DNA of 64,000 nucleotides. It comes from Promethearchaeota archaeon. GTDB taxonomy: Archaea; Asgardarchaeota; Lokiarchaeia; Sigyniarchaeales; SOKP01. A program made the translations under genes and the position numbers. The number at the start of each line of letters is the position of its first letter. Positions within the stretch are counted from its first letter, which is position 1. Location of the stretch: NCBI GenBank assembly GCA_048938005.1, contig JBHLMQ010000001.1:128001-192000 (forward strand). The letters run 5' to 3'. Below the pieces are notes generated by a model. That model made no database searches and was not told the origin of the DNA. It saw nothing but the letters and a program-made list of their open reading frames with translations. Below are positions 49,504 through 60,400 of the stretch, in pieces.

Positions 49504-50955
49504 TTAAGTAGATTCAGTAGCTACTTTCTCAGATTCTTCTTCCTCTTGTACTTCAATTTCTTCTTTTCTAACATAATCACCAACAGAAGTTAGAAGCTCT
49601 TTTATACGACCTTCTTGTTGTAGTCGAATTATTAAGTTTCGATGTTTTATAAATGAAATTAATTTAGATATAACTGGAAAGAGGAGCATTATCGGTAGTA
49701 GAAGAATTATGATAATTTCTGGAGAAAACATCACAACACTTTCTGTAATTGCGTCGGGTAATTGTATTACAGTATCCAAAAACCAATGTGGGTGTATAAT
49801 AATGTAGCTTATGATTAAAAGTAACCCTACACGGTATGTAAAGTTAAATAATGTTGATGTTGCTAGATTCCGTGCTCTTGGAGCTGATGAGCTTGCAGTT
49901 AATGTATCTCTGGCTTCAGAATCTTCTCGGAAAAGACGATCTATATATCTCCCGAGTCTTCGCGTTTTAGATGCTGCAGTAATTAACTTTTTTTCTTCTT
50001 CCTCTAATTTTTTCCTTTCTATCATTTCTTTTACATATGAGAATCGCTTTCCCGTTTTAGCTAAGAATTTTCCGATTGCAAACCCTTCTTTTTGCTCTGA
50101 TTCAATTTCTTTAATTCTCTTTTTAGCTTCTTCTTTTATTTTATCGATATTTGCAGTTATATAATGTGATTCTCTTGCTAGAATATTTAATTGGGCATTT
50201 AATCTATCACTTCTTTCTAAGGATGGTTTTGTTACGGTGTCTGCATAATTAATTTGAAAGGAAAGTTCTATATAAATATACGAGATAATCCCAAATACAA
50301 TCAAGGGACTTGCTATAAATAATATAAAATTATCAACAGGTATTATAGATAATGATGGATCAAGGGGATTTGTCATTTGATCTAAATTTAAAAAATCTGG
50401 TGGTAAATTAAATAATTGGAACATTTCTCTTAAACCTCCCACCATAAGTGGAACTATAATCATGAGGATTATTGACCCTATTGCAATTAAAGAATATTTT
50501 GGATCACTTTTGAAAAAAGCTCTAATGGCATATACAACGGCTATAACAAATAAAATTTGAAAAATAACTAAATAAATGTCATTAAAAAGTACCTGTAACT
50601 CGTCTAATATTAGAGATGGAATATTCTGTAATTCAGGTTTTGGAATTGCAAACCATTTACTTAAGTATCCTTTAAAAAATCCTTCAATGAATTTAAATAT
50701 ATAATTATTAACTCCACCTCCAAAAATAAATGCAAAAATAAATGCACAACCATAAGCGATGGCAAAAAGACAACCATAGATAATATACGAGAATACATTT
50801 TTGAGTGTTCCAAAAAAGGCAAAAAGAGCATATTCATTATCCGCTGAGACAAGTACTCGATCAAAATGAAAGATTGAGGTTAGAAAAATAATAAATATCC
50901 ATGAAAAGATAGCTAAATTGATAATTTTTAATACTAATATATAACGACGAGCCAT
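49504..50955 (-). CDS. Uncharacterised polytopic membrane protein with a cytoplasmic coiled coil (last gene of the MoxR cluster)
   Basis: About 7 hydrophobic segments and a charged helical loop; starts 3 nt after the DUF58 stop. Confidence 0.75.
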   Translation of the reverse strand: MARRYILVLKIINLAIFSWIFIIFLTSIFHFDRVLVSADNEYALFAFFGTLKNVFSYIIYGCLFAIAYGCAFIFAFIFGGGVNNYIFKFIEGFFKGYLSKWFAIPKPELQNIPSLILDELQVLFNDIYLVIFQILFVIAVVYAIRAFFKSDPKYSLIAIGSIILMIIVPLMVGGLREMFQLFNLPPDFLNLDQMTNPLDPSLSIIPVDNFILFIASPLIVFGIISYIYIELSFQINYADTVTKPSLERSDRLNAQLNILARESHYITANIDKIKEEAKKRIKEIESEQKEGFAIGKFLAKTGKRFSYVKEMIERKKLEEEEKKLITAASKTRRLGRYIDRLFREDSEARDTLTASSSAPRARNLATSTLFNFTYRVGLLLIISYIIIHPHWFLDTVIQLPDAITESVVMFSPEIIIILLLPIMLLFPVISKLISFIKHRNLIIRLQQEGRIKELLTSVGDYVRKEEIEVQEEEESEKVATEST

Positions 50956-50958
50956 TTT

Positions 50959-52287
50959 TTAATACGCCCTCCCCTTTTTCTTTGCTTCCATATAATTACC
51001 TAACACTTGGTTCATCATATCATCAGGTCCGCATGTTATAATATTTATACCAAGCTTTCTAAGACCTTGTTTAATAATTAGGATATGTTCCATCATTTCT
51101 TCACTGATTGCTTCTGCTAAAGCTTTATCTGTTGAAGATAAATCTATTTCATGAATTTCAAACCAAGGGCTAAAAGGATTAATAACAATAATAGTATGAT
51201 TAAAAGGTACCAATTTTTTAATAGCTTCAGAAATATCTTTAGGATTTGCCTCTAAATCGGAAATAATGAAAATTAAACTTCGTTTTTGAAACCGCTTTGT
51301 AAAATGCTCCATAGCTTCATTAAATTTACATTTTCCTTGTGGTTTTACTCTCGCAACGAAATCTAATACTTGATAAAAGTGTTCTTCTCCACTATTTGGT
51401 TTTAAAAAATTAAGATTCTTTTTATCTGAAAAAGTAAATACCCCCACATTATCCCTTCGGGTTAAAGCCACTTTTGTTAGAAGCATACAAGCTCGTATCG
51501 CATATTCAAATTTTGTATTTTCAATGGCTCCTCCTGCCATTGTATCTGAAGAATCTACTAAAATCATAACAGTAACATCTCTTTCACTCTCAAATTCCTT
51601 GACAATTAATGTTTGGGTTCGAGCACTTGCTTTCCAATCTATCAATCTAAACTGATCTCCAAAAACGTATTTTCTCATACCATAGAATTCTGAACCAAGC
51701 CCTTTTTGTTTTGATCTTTGTAAACCATAGTTCAATTGTAGTGATCGTTTTGAACCTAAAATCTCAATTCGTTTAATATCTTCATAAGGAGGATAAATAA
51801 GTATATCTGTAACACTATCTGGAACAATTCTCTCTAATGAATTAAAACCTAATCTGTCTTTAACTATTATTGATAAAGGTCCGAGTGCATATTCACCTCT
51901 AACTTTTGGTTCGAGTACATATGAAAATTTAATTATATCTTTAGGTCCTATTCTTGTAGATATAAAATTTTCACCTAATATTAATCTAAAAAGCTGTGGA
52001 TTGTAATTATCCCTTATTTCAATAAAATCAAAGCTATTACGACTAATATTTTCAATAACCACTTTTATATGAACAAAATCATCTTTGAATACTTTTTCTT
52101 TTTCGAGTTCTCTATGTACTCGTAATTCCTCTACATTCATTTTGTAGTGGAAGATAGGTAGACTAATGATTGTACTAAATAATAATAAAATTGCGAAGTA
52201 TATCAAAAAATAATTCTCAAACGCAAAACCAGCTGTTAGAAAAAATACAGCAAATAGAACTAAACTTCTTCCTTTTCCTCCTAAAAT
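50959..52287 (-). CDS. DUF58 / vWA domain membrane protein (MoxR partner); start probably ATT at 52287 rather than TTG at 52206
   Basis: RGEY.LGP, GSEFYGMRKYVFGD.FR.IDWKASAR, MIDAS-like DSSDTM, FIISDL; the frame stays open upstream and encodes ILGGKGRSLVLFAVFFLTAGFAFENYFL. Confidence 0.85.
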   Translation of the reverse strand: MLGGKGRSLVLFAVFFLTAGFAFENYFLIYFAILLLFSTIISLPIFHYKMNVEELRVHRELEKEKVFKDDFVHIKVVIENISRNSFDFIEIRDNYNPQLFRLILGENFISTRIGPKDIIKFSYVLEPKVRGEYALGPLSIIVKDRLGFNSLERIVPDSVTDILIYPPYEDIKRIEILGSKRSLQLNYGLQRSKQKGLGSEFYGMRKYVFGDQFRLIDWKASARTQTLIVKEFESERDVTVMILVDSSDTMAGGAIENTKFEYAIRACMLLTKVALTRRDNVGVFTFSDKKNLNFLKPNSGEEHFYQVLDFVARVKPQGKCKFNEAMEHFTKRFQKRSLIFIISDLEANPKDISEAIKKLVPFNHTIIVINPFSPWFEIHEIDLSSTDKALAEAISEEMMEHILIIKQGLRKLGINIITCGPDDMMNQVLGNYMEAKKKGRAY

Positions 52288-52370
52288 ATTTTTCCACCGT
52301 TGTGCGTTTAGCTTTTTTATTATATCATCTGATTTTAAGTTAATATTAATTACAAAAAAAAATGAATTTT

Positions 52371-53336
52371 TTAAATTGGGATTGGAATTTCCTCAACAAT
52401 TGACTTTAATACTGCTCTTGTATCAAGTCCTTCTAATTCTGCTTCTGGCTTTAGAAGAACCCTATGATTTAATGCTGGAAGGACCAAAGCTCTTACATCA
52501 TCAGGAGTAACATAGCTGCGACCAAGAATTGCTGCTCTTGCTTTCGAGCATTTCATTAATGTTAGACTAGCCCTAGGTCCACATCCTAGGGCGATTTGTG
52601 GATGATTTCGTGTTTTGATTATTAGATCTCTGATATATTTTAGTATTCTATCATCAATATATACTAAATTCATAATCTTTTGAGCTGCGAGGATCTCTTG
52701 AGAATTTGTAATTGCTTCTACTGAAGGCAAATCTCCTGATAATTGTCTTCTCATAATTTCTACCTCTTCAGTATCTTCTGGATAATCCAACCAAAGCTTA
52801 AAAAGGAAACGATCTACCTGTGCTTCAGGCAAAGGATATGTTCCTTCCATCTCTACAGGGTTCTCAGTAGCAATAACAATAAAAGGTTTTTCAAGTCCAA
52901 GTGTTTGACCTTCAATAGTTACTTGTCGTTCGGCCATAGCCTCTAGGAGAGCTGCTTGAGTCTTAGGTGCGCTTCTGTTGATTTCATCTGCAAGAACAAC
53001 ATTTGCAAAAATAGGGCCCTTCTGAAGAACAAAAGCACCCTCATTTTGGTCAAAAATCTTTGTACCAGTAATATCTGCTGGGAGTAGGTCCGGTGTAAAT
53101 TGAACTCTGCGAAAAGATATACCAAGAGTACGAGCATAAGTTTTTGCCATGACAGTTTTACCAAGACCAGGAACTCCTTCCAGGAGAACATGTCCATTTA
53201 CTAACAACGCTATAAAAAGTTGCTGTAGAATATCCCCATAACCTACAATGACACGGCTCACTTCGCTGAGAACTTCTTGCGCAATTTCGTGAAATGGTCT
53301 AATTGACCAGTTTTTCGCGTATAGGAGCCACGTCAA
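52371..53336 (-). CDS. moxR: MoxR family AAA+ ATPase (start uncertain)
   Basis: GHVLLEGVPGLGKT, RVQFTPDLLPADITG, ADEINR, ALLEAM.E, NPVEMEGTYPLPEAQVDRF. Confidence 0.94.
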   Translation of the reverse strand: MTWLLYAKNWSIRPFHEIAQEVLSEVSRVIVGYGDILQQLFIALLVNGHVLLEGVPGLGKTVMAKTYARTLGISFRRVQFTPDLLPADITGTKIFDQNEGAFVLQKGPIFANVVLADEINRSAPKTQAALLEAMAERQVTIEGQTLGLEKPFIVIATENPVEMEGTYPLPEAQVDRFLFKLWLDYPEDTEEVEIMRRQLSGDLPSVEAITNSQEILAAQKIMNLVYIDDRILKYIRDLIIKTRNHPQIALGCGPRASLTLMKCSKARAAILGRSYVTPDDVRALVLPALNHRVLLKPEAELEGLDTRAVLKSIVEEIPIPI

Positions 53337-53449
53337 TTTCCTCTTTTTCGTAGTATTTTGCTTTATCTGAAGTTTCTATTTTATAACTCACCTTTTTTTT
53401 ATTTTTTTTTATTTTTATTCTATTTTTTATAAATATATTTTAAATTTAA

Positions 53450-55231
53450 TTAAATATTATTAACTGCCCAACCCATCTCGAAAAATGTTTCTTCGAAATC
53501 TTGTTCAGTTTTAACTTTATATTTTGCTTCTTTAATTGCTAAAATCTTGTCCATAAATCTGCCTATTCTTCTTATTTTTAATTTTGTTGCAGAAGGATCT
53601 TTAGCAATAACCATATCCATTACATTTTGAGTTGTTATATCCCTCCCTCCTAATTGATTATTTAATTTTCTTTCTAGCCTTCTATAAAGTAATTTTAAGG
53701 CATCTCCATACTTCATCTTATTTTTATATTCATCGATCTTTTGTGCAAAAAATGAAGATGTTCTAAATCTTGCCGCTTCTTCTTTTTTTTCTTCCTCCTC
53801 AGCGATCTTTTCTTGTTCTTTCTTTTTATCCTTTTTTGGTAGGTATTTTCTTAATGTGTAGAATGCAAGAACTGGATAAATCCATGCTGTTATAGGATTT
53901 GTGGATAAATGTACAATATATTGCATAATAAACCCAAATATTCCTGCTGAGGTAAGATCTCTCGAATATTCTGGGCGTATATGGGCTTCATCAAAAACTA
54001 TTATCCAGTCATCCTTGGTCGCTCCTTCATTTGCATACGTTAACCATTCGATAATGTTTATACCAAATTCCATATTGTCATATCCAGCCTCATTAATTAA
54101 CTCATTATTAAAAAGACTCGCATCTGCAGACACAAATACTCGTTGCCTTCCATTATCTTTAGCCAAGAATACGTATTGAGAGTAACCTCCAAGAGGAAAT
54201 GTATCTGGAAATGGGAAAGGTAACAAGCTTCCTTCTAGTAAATTCATAAAACTTAAATCAAGATCATCATTTACACTGGTATTTGTAGCCTTATCATATT
54301 GTTTATTTCCATTTTTATCAATAAATCCATACTCTGTTGTAGAACCAACCGGTTGCCAACCAAAAGCTCTAATAAATTCTCCACCGGCAGCACAAGATGC
54401 CCGCGAAAGTATTACACTATTTATAGGGTTTGGTGTTGTGGTGGTTGCATGGGATTCCCATTGGTTATCGCGAATTACAGGAAATTCAGGAGTAGTATCG
54501 TAGGAGGCATTATCACGTAAGATACCATCAGGAAATATTGTAATAGGGATTTGGATCTCTGCAAACATACCAGCTATCAAAATTTCCCATAATAGGGTGC
54601 TTGTAGAACCATGATCATGGCAAATTAAGAGTGAGTTAGTTCCATTAAAGAAATTAATAAAATAGGGTATTTCGAAAATAGGATCATAAAATTGATTTGG
54701 GCCTAGTAAAATTAATAAGATTGATTTATCCTTATCCAACCGTTCAGTAGCACTTAAGCTAGATTGTACTGTCATTACTTTATAACCATCATTTTCAATT
54801 GCACGCTTAAAATCTGAAGATCCATTCCAGCGATTATTATAGACTGAAAAATTTTGATCATTTATTCCTTGGTCGATTATGGGGGAAAATAAAGGAATGA
54901 ATACAAAAATGAAAATAATTATAAATAAGGCTTGTTTGTATATTGAACCAGATTTAATTTTTTTACGCGATTGAGTTTCACGTACTTTTTGAGTAGTGGT
55001 GTTTCTTAAAAATATGATAAAACTAATACCACTAAATATTGCTCCTAAATAACATAAAAGAGGGATATAAGTTAGAAAAACGGGGGACTGTTCTGGATTT
55101 TCTTGTTGATAATAACCTATAAACTCGCTAACGATAATTCCAAAAACGATTAGATATATTGTTAAAAACGTAAAAACTATTCCTTTTGAAATATTGATAC
55201 TTTTTTGAGTTGCTTTTCCCGCTTTTACCAT
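53450..55231 (-). CDS. DUF4350-like membrane protein with a C-terminal helical domain
   Basis: Three N-terminal TMs, FSVYNNRWNGSSDF, GRQRVFVSADASLFNN, IVFDEAH, TM, then ALKLLYRRL helical tail. Confidence 0.72.
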   Translation of the reverse strand: MVKAGKATQKSINISKGIVFTFLTIYLIVFGIIVSEFIGYYQQENPEQSPVFLTYIPLLCYLGAIFSGISFIIFLRNTTTQKVRETQSRKKIKSGSIYKQALFIIIFIFVFIPLFSPIIDQGINDQNFSVYNNRWNGSSDFKRAIENDGYKVMTVQSSLSATERLDKDKSILLILLGPNQFYDPIFEIPYFINFFNGTNSLLICHDHGSTSTLLWEILIAGMFAEIQIPITIFPDGILRDNASYDTTPEFPVIRDNQWESHATTTTPNPINSVILSRASCAAGGEFIRAFGWQPVGSTTEYGFIDKNGNKQYDKATNTSVNDDLDLSFMNLLEGSLLPFPFPDTFPLGGYSQYVFLAKDNGRQRVFVSADASLFNNELINEAGYDNMEFGINIIEWLTYANEGATKDDWIIVFDEAHIRPEYSRDLTSAGIFGFIMQYIVHLSTNPITAWIYPVLAFYTLRKYLPKKDKKKEQEKIAEEEEKKEEAARFRTSSFFAQKIDEYKNKMKYGDALKLLYRRLERKLNNQLGGRDITTQNVMDMVIAKDPSATKLKIRRIGRFMDKILAIKEAKYKVKTEQDFEETFFEMGWAVNNI

Positions 55232-55287
55232 TATTTTTTTCTTAATATTATTTTGTAATTATAAAAAACTAAAATTAATCTGTATAG

Positions 55288-55665
55288 TTACAATTTGAAG
55301 CTAAATGTTTTTCCTGTGATTTCATTGTATAAATTTGAAAACAGATCAATTGCATAATTTAGTTCTGTATTTGTAGGTTCAATTCCGCCATAGATAATGT
55401 CTTCTATTTTCTTTATAAATGGATATACCGATTCTGGTTTCAGATTTTTTTCTAATTCATTCACACACGCTATTGCGTATTCTCGAATAGTTTGATGTGC
55501 TAATCTAGGTTTCTTGAACTTAATATTGATAATGTCATCATAGACAAGATAAATGTAGGCGATCGCCTCTTTAGGTCTATTAGATTCGACTAAAATTTTA
55601 ACATTATCAAATCTCTGTTTTATATTTATCTCTGGTTCTGGAATCTTCTTTTTCTTTTTTGCCAT
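55288..55665 (-). CDS. Stand-alone DUF4129-like helical protein
   Basis: EAIAYIY...RLAHQTIREYA...IEDIIYG pattern; paralogous to the C-terminus of 55790-57364. Confidence 0.7.
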   Translation of the reverse strand: MAKKKKKIPEPEINIKQRFDNVKILVESNRPKEAIAYIYLVYDDIINIKFKKPRLAHQTIREYAIACVNELEKNLKPESVYPFIKKIEDIIYGGIEPTNTELNYAIDLFSNLYNEITGKTFSFKL

Positions 55666-55789
55666 TATTTATTATCAACTTCAGTATTTTTTTCAAATAA
55701 TTTATTTTATAATTTTTTTCGAATTTATAATTTTTTGTACTAATCTTTTTAATTACTATTTTTTTTGATATTTTTATCTGAAATTATAG

Positions 55790-57364
55790 TTAAAAATTTA
55801 ATTGAAAATTATAACCAGTTAATTGGAAATATATTGGTGAAAATAAATCACATGTTTTATAAAAATCATTTTCTGTTATTTTAAAGGGCTTTGCGTAGAT
55901 TATCTCTTCAACTTTTTGAATAAAGGGGTACATAGCCGCTGGAGTAAGTTTTAATTCTTTAACAGAAATTATTGCGAAATCTCTTATTGTCTCATTTTCT
56001 TTTCTAGATCTACCATATTTTGCATTAACTAAATCCATATAAATTGCGTTAAACAAATAAGATATAGATTCTTCTAATCTACCTGAATCTTTAAGTAGTT
56101 TAAAATTAAGAATTTTTGATTCAAGAGGTAATTTCACAACTCGTGATTCTTTTTCTTGATTTTTATAATAACGATACCCTAACACACCCAAAATTGCTAT
56201 TACAACTGCTAGAATTGGAAAAAATATTATAGAAAACAATAAACCTGGGATTTCCCACCATTCAGTAGGAGTAGAAGGGGTGTAAGAAGTGCCGGTAATA
56301 CTTATGTATTCAACACTAGAAAGGTAAACTCCAGCAGTGTTTACAACTTCGATTTCGATTGATTTATTACCTGTTTCAGTAGGTATATATGGATAAATAA
56401 AATCTCCATTGGAATCTGTACTCACAGAACCAATTTGAATTCCATCGAATCTTATCCTAAGTAATCTATTACTTATTTTAAGAGAGTTATCATTCATTGA
56501 TATTAATTGTCCTTTTATTGTTATTTGTTCTCCTTCAGATGCGTTGCTTACTATATCCCAGTTGCATATTATATCTGAAAACAGGTTTATGTTCGGTATT
56601 ATGACTTCTGATTTATTTATTCTGCCAAAATCACCCGAATAACTTAAATTTAAATTAATCGATTGATTAAAAGCGTCACTAGGAATTGTTATATCTTGTG
56701 AAAAAAATCCAAGAGGATTTGTAAAAAAAGAAAAATTCGGCCATGTATATGAACTGTTAAACCAATGATGATTTATTTGTTTATTTGGGATGCCTGTACC
56801 ATTCATATAATCATATCTTAAAAATCCCTCAATTCTAAAATCTTCTCCAGGAATTTTAGGAGAGGTATCTGCAGTTATAATATCAAAAACTGAAGTGGCA
56901 TTTGCGAAGATAATTAAAAAATTGTTTTTTTCAACTTTTCCTCTGCTAGCATCTGTTACATTTACTTGGATTTTATATCCTGAAATAGAGTACACGTCAA
57001 AGCTATAGGGTATTATAAAATCAATTTGAAAATCTCCACTATCATTTGTTATATCGGTAAATTGAGGATATAAAATATCATCCGCATAAATCGCAACTTC
57101 CATAAATTCAACACCAGTCCCATTATTATATTTGAGATCTCCTTTAATTGTTATTGTCTCATTATGGTAATGGCGAGTATTATTTAATTCAACACTTGTA
57201 ATATTTGTAGTTGCCCACCATGCGGAAATTTTTGGAGAAACATCATTAAAATTAACATTTCTATTTAATAACTTGAAAGGGATGGTAGAAAAAATTAAAG
57301 ATACAGAGATTACGATTAAAATAATCATTGATTGTTTCGTTGAAGACAATTTTAATTTTGTCAT
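55790..57364 (-). CDS. Membrane-anchored surface protein: Ig-like repeats, TM, cytoplasmic DUF4129-like domain
   Basis: N-terminal anchor; repeated ITIKG.L...TxxxGxF beta-sandwich units; TM FSIIFFPILAVVIAILGVLG; ETIRDFA...VEEIIYA tail. Confidence 0.72.
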   Translation of the reverse strand: MTKLKLSSTKQSMIILIVISVSLIFSTIPFKLLNRNVNFNDVSPKISAWWATTNITSVELNNTRHYHNETITIKGDLKYNNGTGVEFMEVAIYADDILYPQFTDITNDSGDFQIDFIIPYSFDVYSISGYKIQVNVTDASRGKVEKNNFLIIFANATSVFDIITADTSPKIPGEDFRIEGFLRYDYMNGTGIPNKQINHHWFNSSYTWPNFSFFTNPLGFFSQDITIPSDAFNQSINLNLSYSGDFGRINKSEVIIPNINLFSDIICNWDIVSNASEGEQITIKGQLISMNDNSLKISNRLLRIRFDGIQIGSVSTDSNGDFIYPYIPTETGNKSIEIEVVNTAGVYLSSVEYISITGTSYTPSTPTEWWEIPGLLFSIIFFPILAVVIAILGVLGYRYYKNQEKESRVVKLPLESKILNFKLLKDSGRLEESISYLFNAIYMDLVNAKYGRSRKENETIRDFAIISVKELKLTPAAMYPFIQKVEEIIYAKPFKITENDFYKTCDLFSPIYFQLTGYNFQLNF

Positions 57365-57405
57365 ACTATTTTAATTTCTTCTATTTTATTATTTTATTTT
57401 ATTCT

Positions 57406-60400
57406 TTATGTGAATTGTAATTCAGTTTTGTCTACATATTCAAGATTATTATCTTTAGGTTCAAAGTAAACAATTATTTTAGTTTGGCTAACATAATCGG
57501 GCCATGAACTGTCTACTATTAAAGATGCGTTAAAACCTCCATATTGATCTGTTACAACTGTATCATTGAATGCTACAATCTCACCATTTAACAATTGAAC
57601 AGTTACATTCACTTTCATGTTTGCCATAGCTGTCCCATTGTCCCATGTCAAGTTTCCATAGATATAAAGAATATCGTCCACCCACCAATCACCATCAGAG
57701 ATATCATGGGGGGTAGTATGATAACCTTCTTGAATAATTATTGTTCCAGCTGTGATATTTAATAATTTCCTAGCACTGCTGGTATTAATCATATAATTGG
57801 TTACACTTATCCCAGGAGCTGAAATTGTCCCATTAAAATCAACTCTTAAGTAATATTCTCCCTGAGGGCAATTTAGATTTATAGAATTGACCTGAAATTG
57901 ATAGGTTCCATCATTCTGAATAATAACGTATTGACCCCAGGGCATATCCAGATATCCAGAGATGTCATTATCGTCATTATCTAATAAAACTAATTTTAAT
58001 TCCATTCCTTTCATATTTTTTCCGTCTTTTTCTACATTTCCATATACGTTAAAACCACCATTACCTCTAGTAATAACATTTGTACCTGGATTAGCATTAA
58101 TATTTACAGTTTCATTTATAATTATATAAGTAGTATTAATAGTAGCAAAAATATCATATTCAACTCTAATTCTATTTAATCCCGCGTGAAAATCATTAAT
58201 ATCATTGGTGGAGATATTAAATTGGACAAAACCTGTATCTAAGGGACCAAACTTGTAATTATCTAATTCCCTACCATTATATTCGTTATATACATATACT
58301 GTTCGTCCATTGAAAGGAAGAGGGTGAAGTATTTGTACTTGGAAATGTGCTGTTTCACCTCGATTATAACGCTCAGGTAGGTAACCATCATTATAAAAAG
58401 TTGAAGTGGGTCTTCCCTCAACTGCTAAATATATTGTTAAATTTTCAGGATCTATAACCTTTAGTTCATTAGGTATGAAATATGAAACACTTAAATCATT
58501 AATAAAAAATGAAGATGGATAAGGATTCCCTGGATCAAAAGTGAAATCAAAAAATCCATCAAAATCTAATCTCAAAGTATAATTGGTAGCGGGAGTATCG
58601 GGTTGAACCCCTAGATCAAAAGTAAATAAATTAGAGCCTCCTGTATCTTGAAATAGAGGGAATTGAGGATTTAAATATTGAGACATAGGAGATCCCATTC
58701 TAAACATTCTTAAAGCAATTTCAGAATAATAAATGTCATTATTAGAAGTATCTATTAAGCGGCACATTGTGTTAAATTGCGTACCAAAACTTCCTGTTCG
58801 ATTTATTTCCCGTGGTATCGGCCCAGAGATGAAATCAAATACAATAGATTCATTAACAATATAATATGAATAATTGAAATCGCCACCATACTTTGCATAT
58901 ACTAAAGTTGGACCAGATTTATTATTAACCCCAATATCGTATATAAACGAAGCAATACCCTTGGAATTTGTAATATCAGTCCCAATCATAACATTTCCAT
59001 TTGTGTAGTCATAAAATTCAACGATTTCGCCAGGATCAGGAGACATTATATCTTCATCAATGAGTATTGCTGATAGATTAAGCTGTTCACCTCGTTTAAC
59101 GTTTATTAAATTACTTGGATTTGGAGGAAATGGAAAATCTGTTGGTTGCCCGTCAATTGAGAATAACAATCTATATGTCAATTCTTCAGTTATAGTGAAG
59201 TCCATTTTATTACTTGAATTATCCATAATCCCAAAAGGAGCGAGAAGGACTCCTCCCCAAGATCCATTGAAGTCTACCCTGATTTCGTAATTTCCCCTCG
59301 GGACCCAAGAATTAACACTCACGATTTCATTAAAATTACCATTAATATCTGTATCTATAGAGTTAATATCAAATGGATTTATGATTTTATTCTGTGTACT
59401 TTTGTCTAATAAGACAAATTCAACTGTTGCATTTCTTACTCCTTGATTAGCTACTGGATCATAAACATAACCTTGGATTGTTGTTGTGGTGCTTATAGAG
59501 CGATTAATTGTTTGAGGATAAACATTTGTGAGATTTACTTGTATATTACCATAAATCATGTAGGAAGTGAAGTTGTTTGCTAATTGGTATGATGCCATTA
59601 TTAAATGAGGGCCAACAACTTGGGATTCATTAATATTAACCAAAATTGAGGCTGTACCATTTTGATCAGTATATGCTTCACCAAGTATTAATCCTGAATT
59701 CAAATCGGTAAATGTGATTCTTTTATTATTTATAGATCCTGTATCAGAACTTAAAGTAGCAGTTAAGTTAGCTTTCGGACCTCTATAACCTGCGGTGAAG
59801 TTTGAATTAACTTTAATCCTATAATTCGCCATAGGATTTCCACCAGCTCCAAAAGAATCAAAAATAATGTCCATTTGTGTCCACATACCATCTCCAGAGA
59901 TACTAGTTGGAACAAAAATTTCAGCCCAATTGTATAAATTCATATATTTAATTGCAAAATACCATTTATTTTCAGTATCATCATACTCGGGTACAATGCC
60001 TTGACTATGAAATCCATTAACAAATCGACTTGATACATTGAAGGCTCTTGTAAACGCGCAAAATGCGGAAGCAAATTCTGACCATAAACCTTCTCCATGT
60101 TCACAGAACCACTCTACAATATCTTCTCCATCTGCTGGTGGGTCATTAGTCAATGCATTAATATCAACAATGAAATTAGTCTGGAGATAATTCCTGATTT
60201 TATTAGCTACCATAAAAGTATTATCATTATCATCAATAATCAAATCTAAAGCATCATAATGAGATTTAAAATAAGGGTGTGTATTGATATAAGTATCTAT
60301 TGAGGGAGGTAAATGTAAATATAGATTTTTTATGAATACTGGAGTATACTGTGCTTCAACAGCACTATTATTAATATCTACATTCGATGGTAAATTTAAT

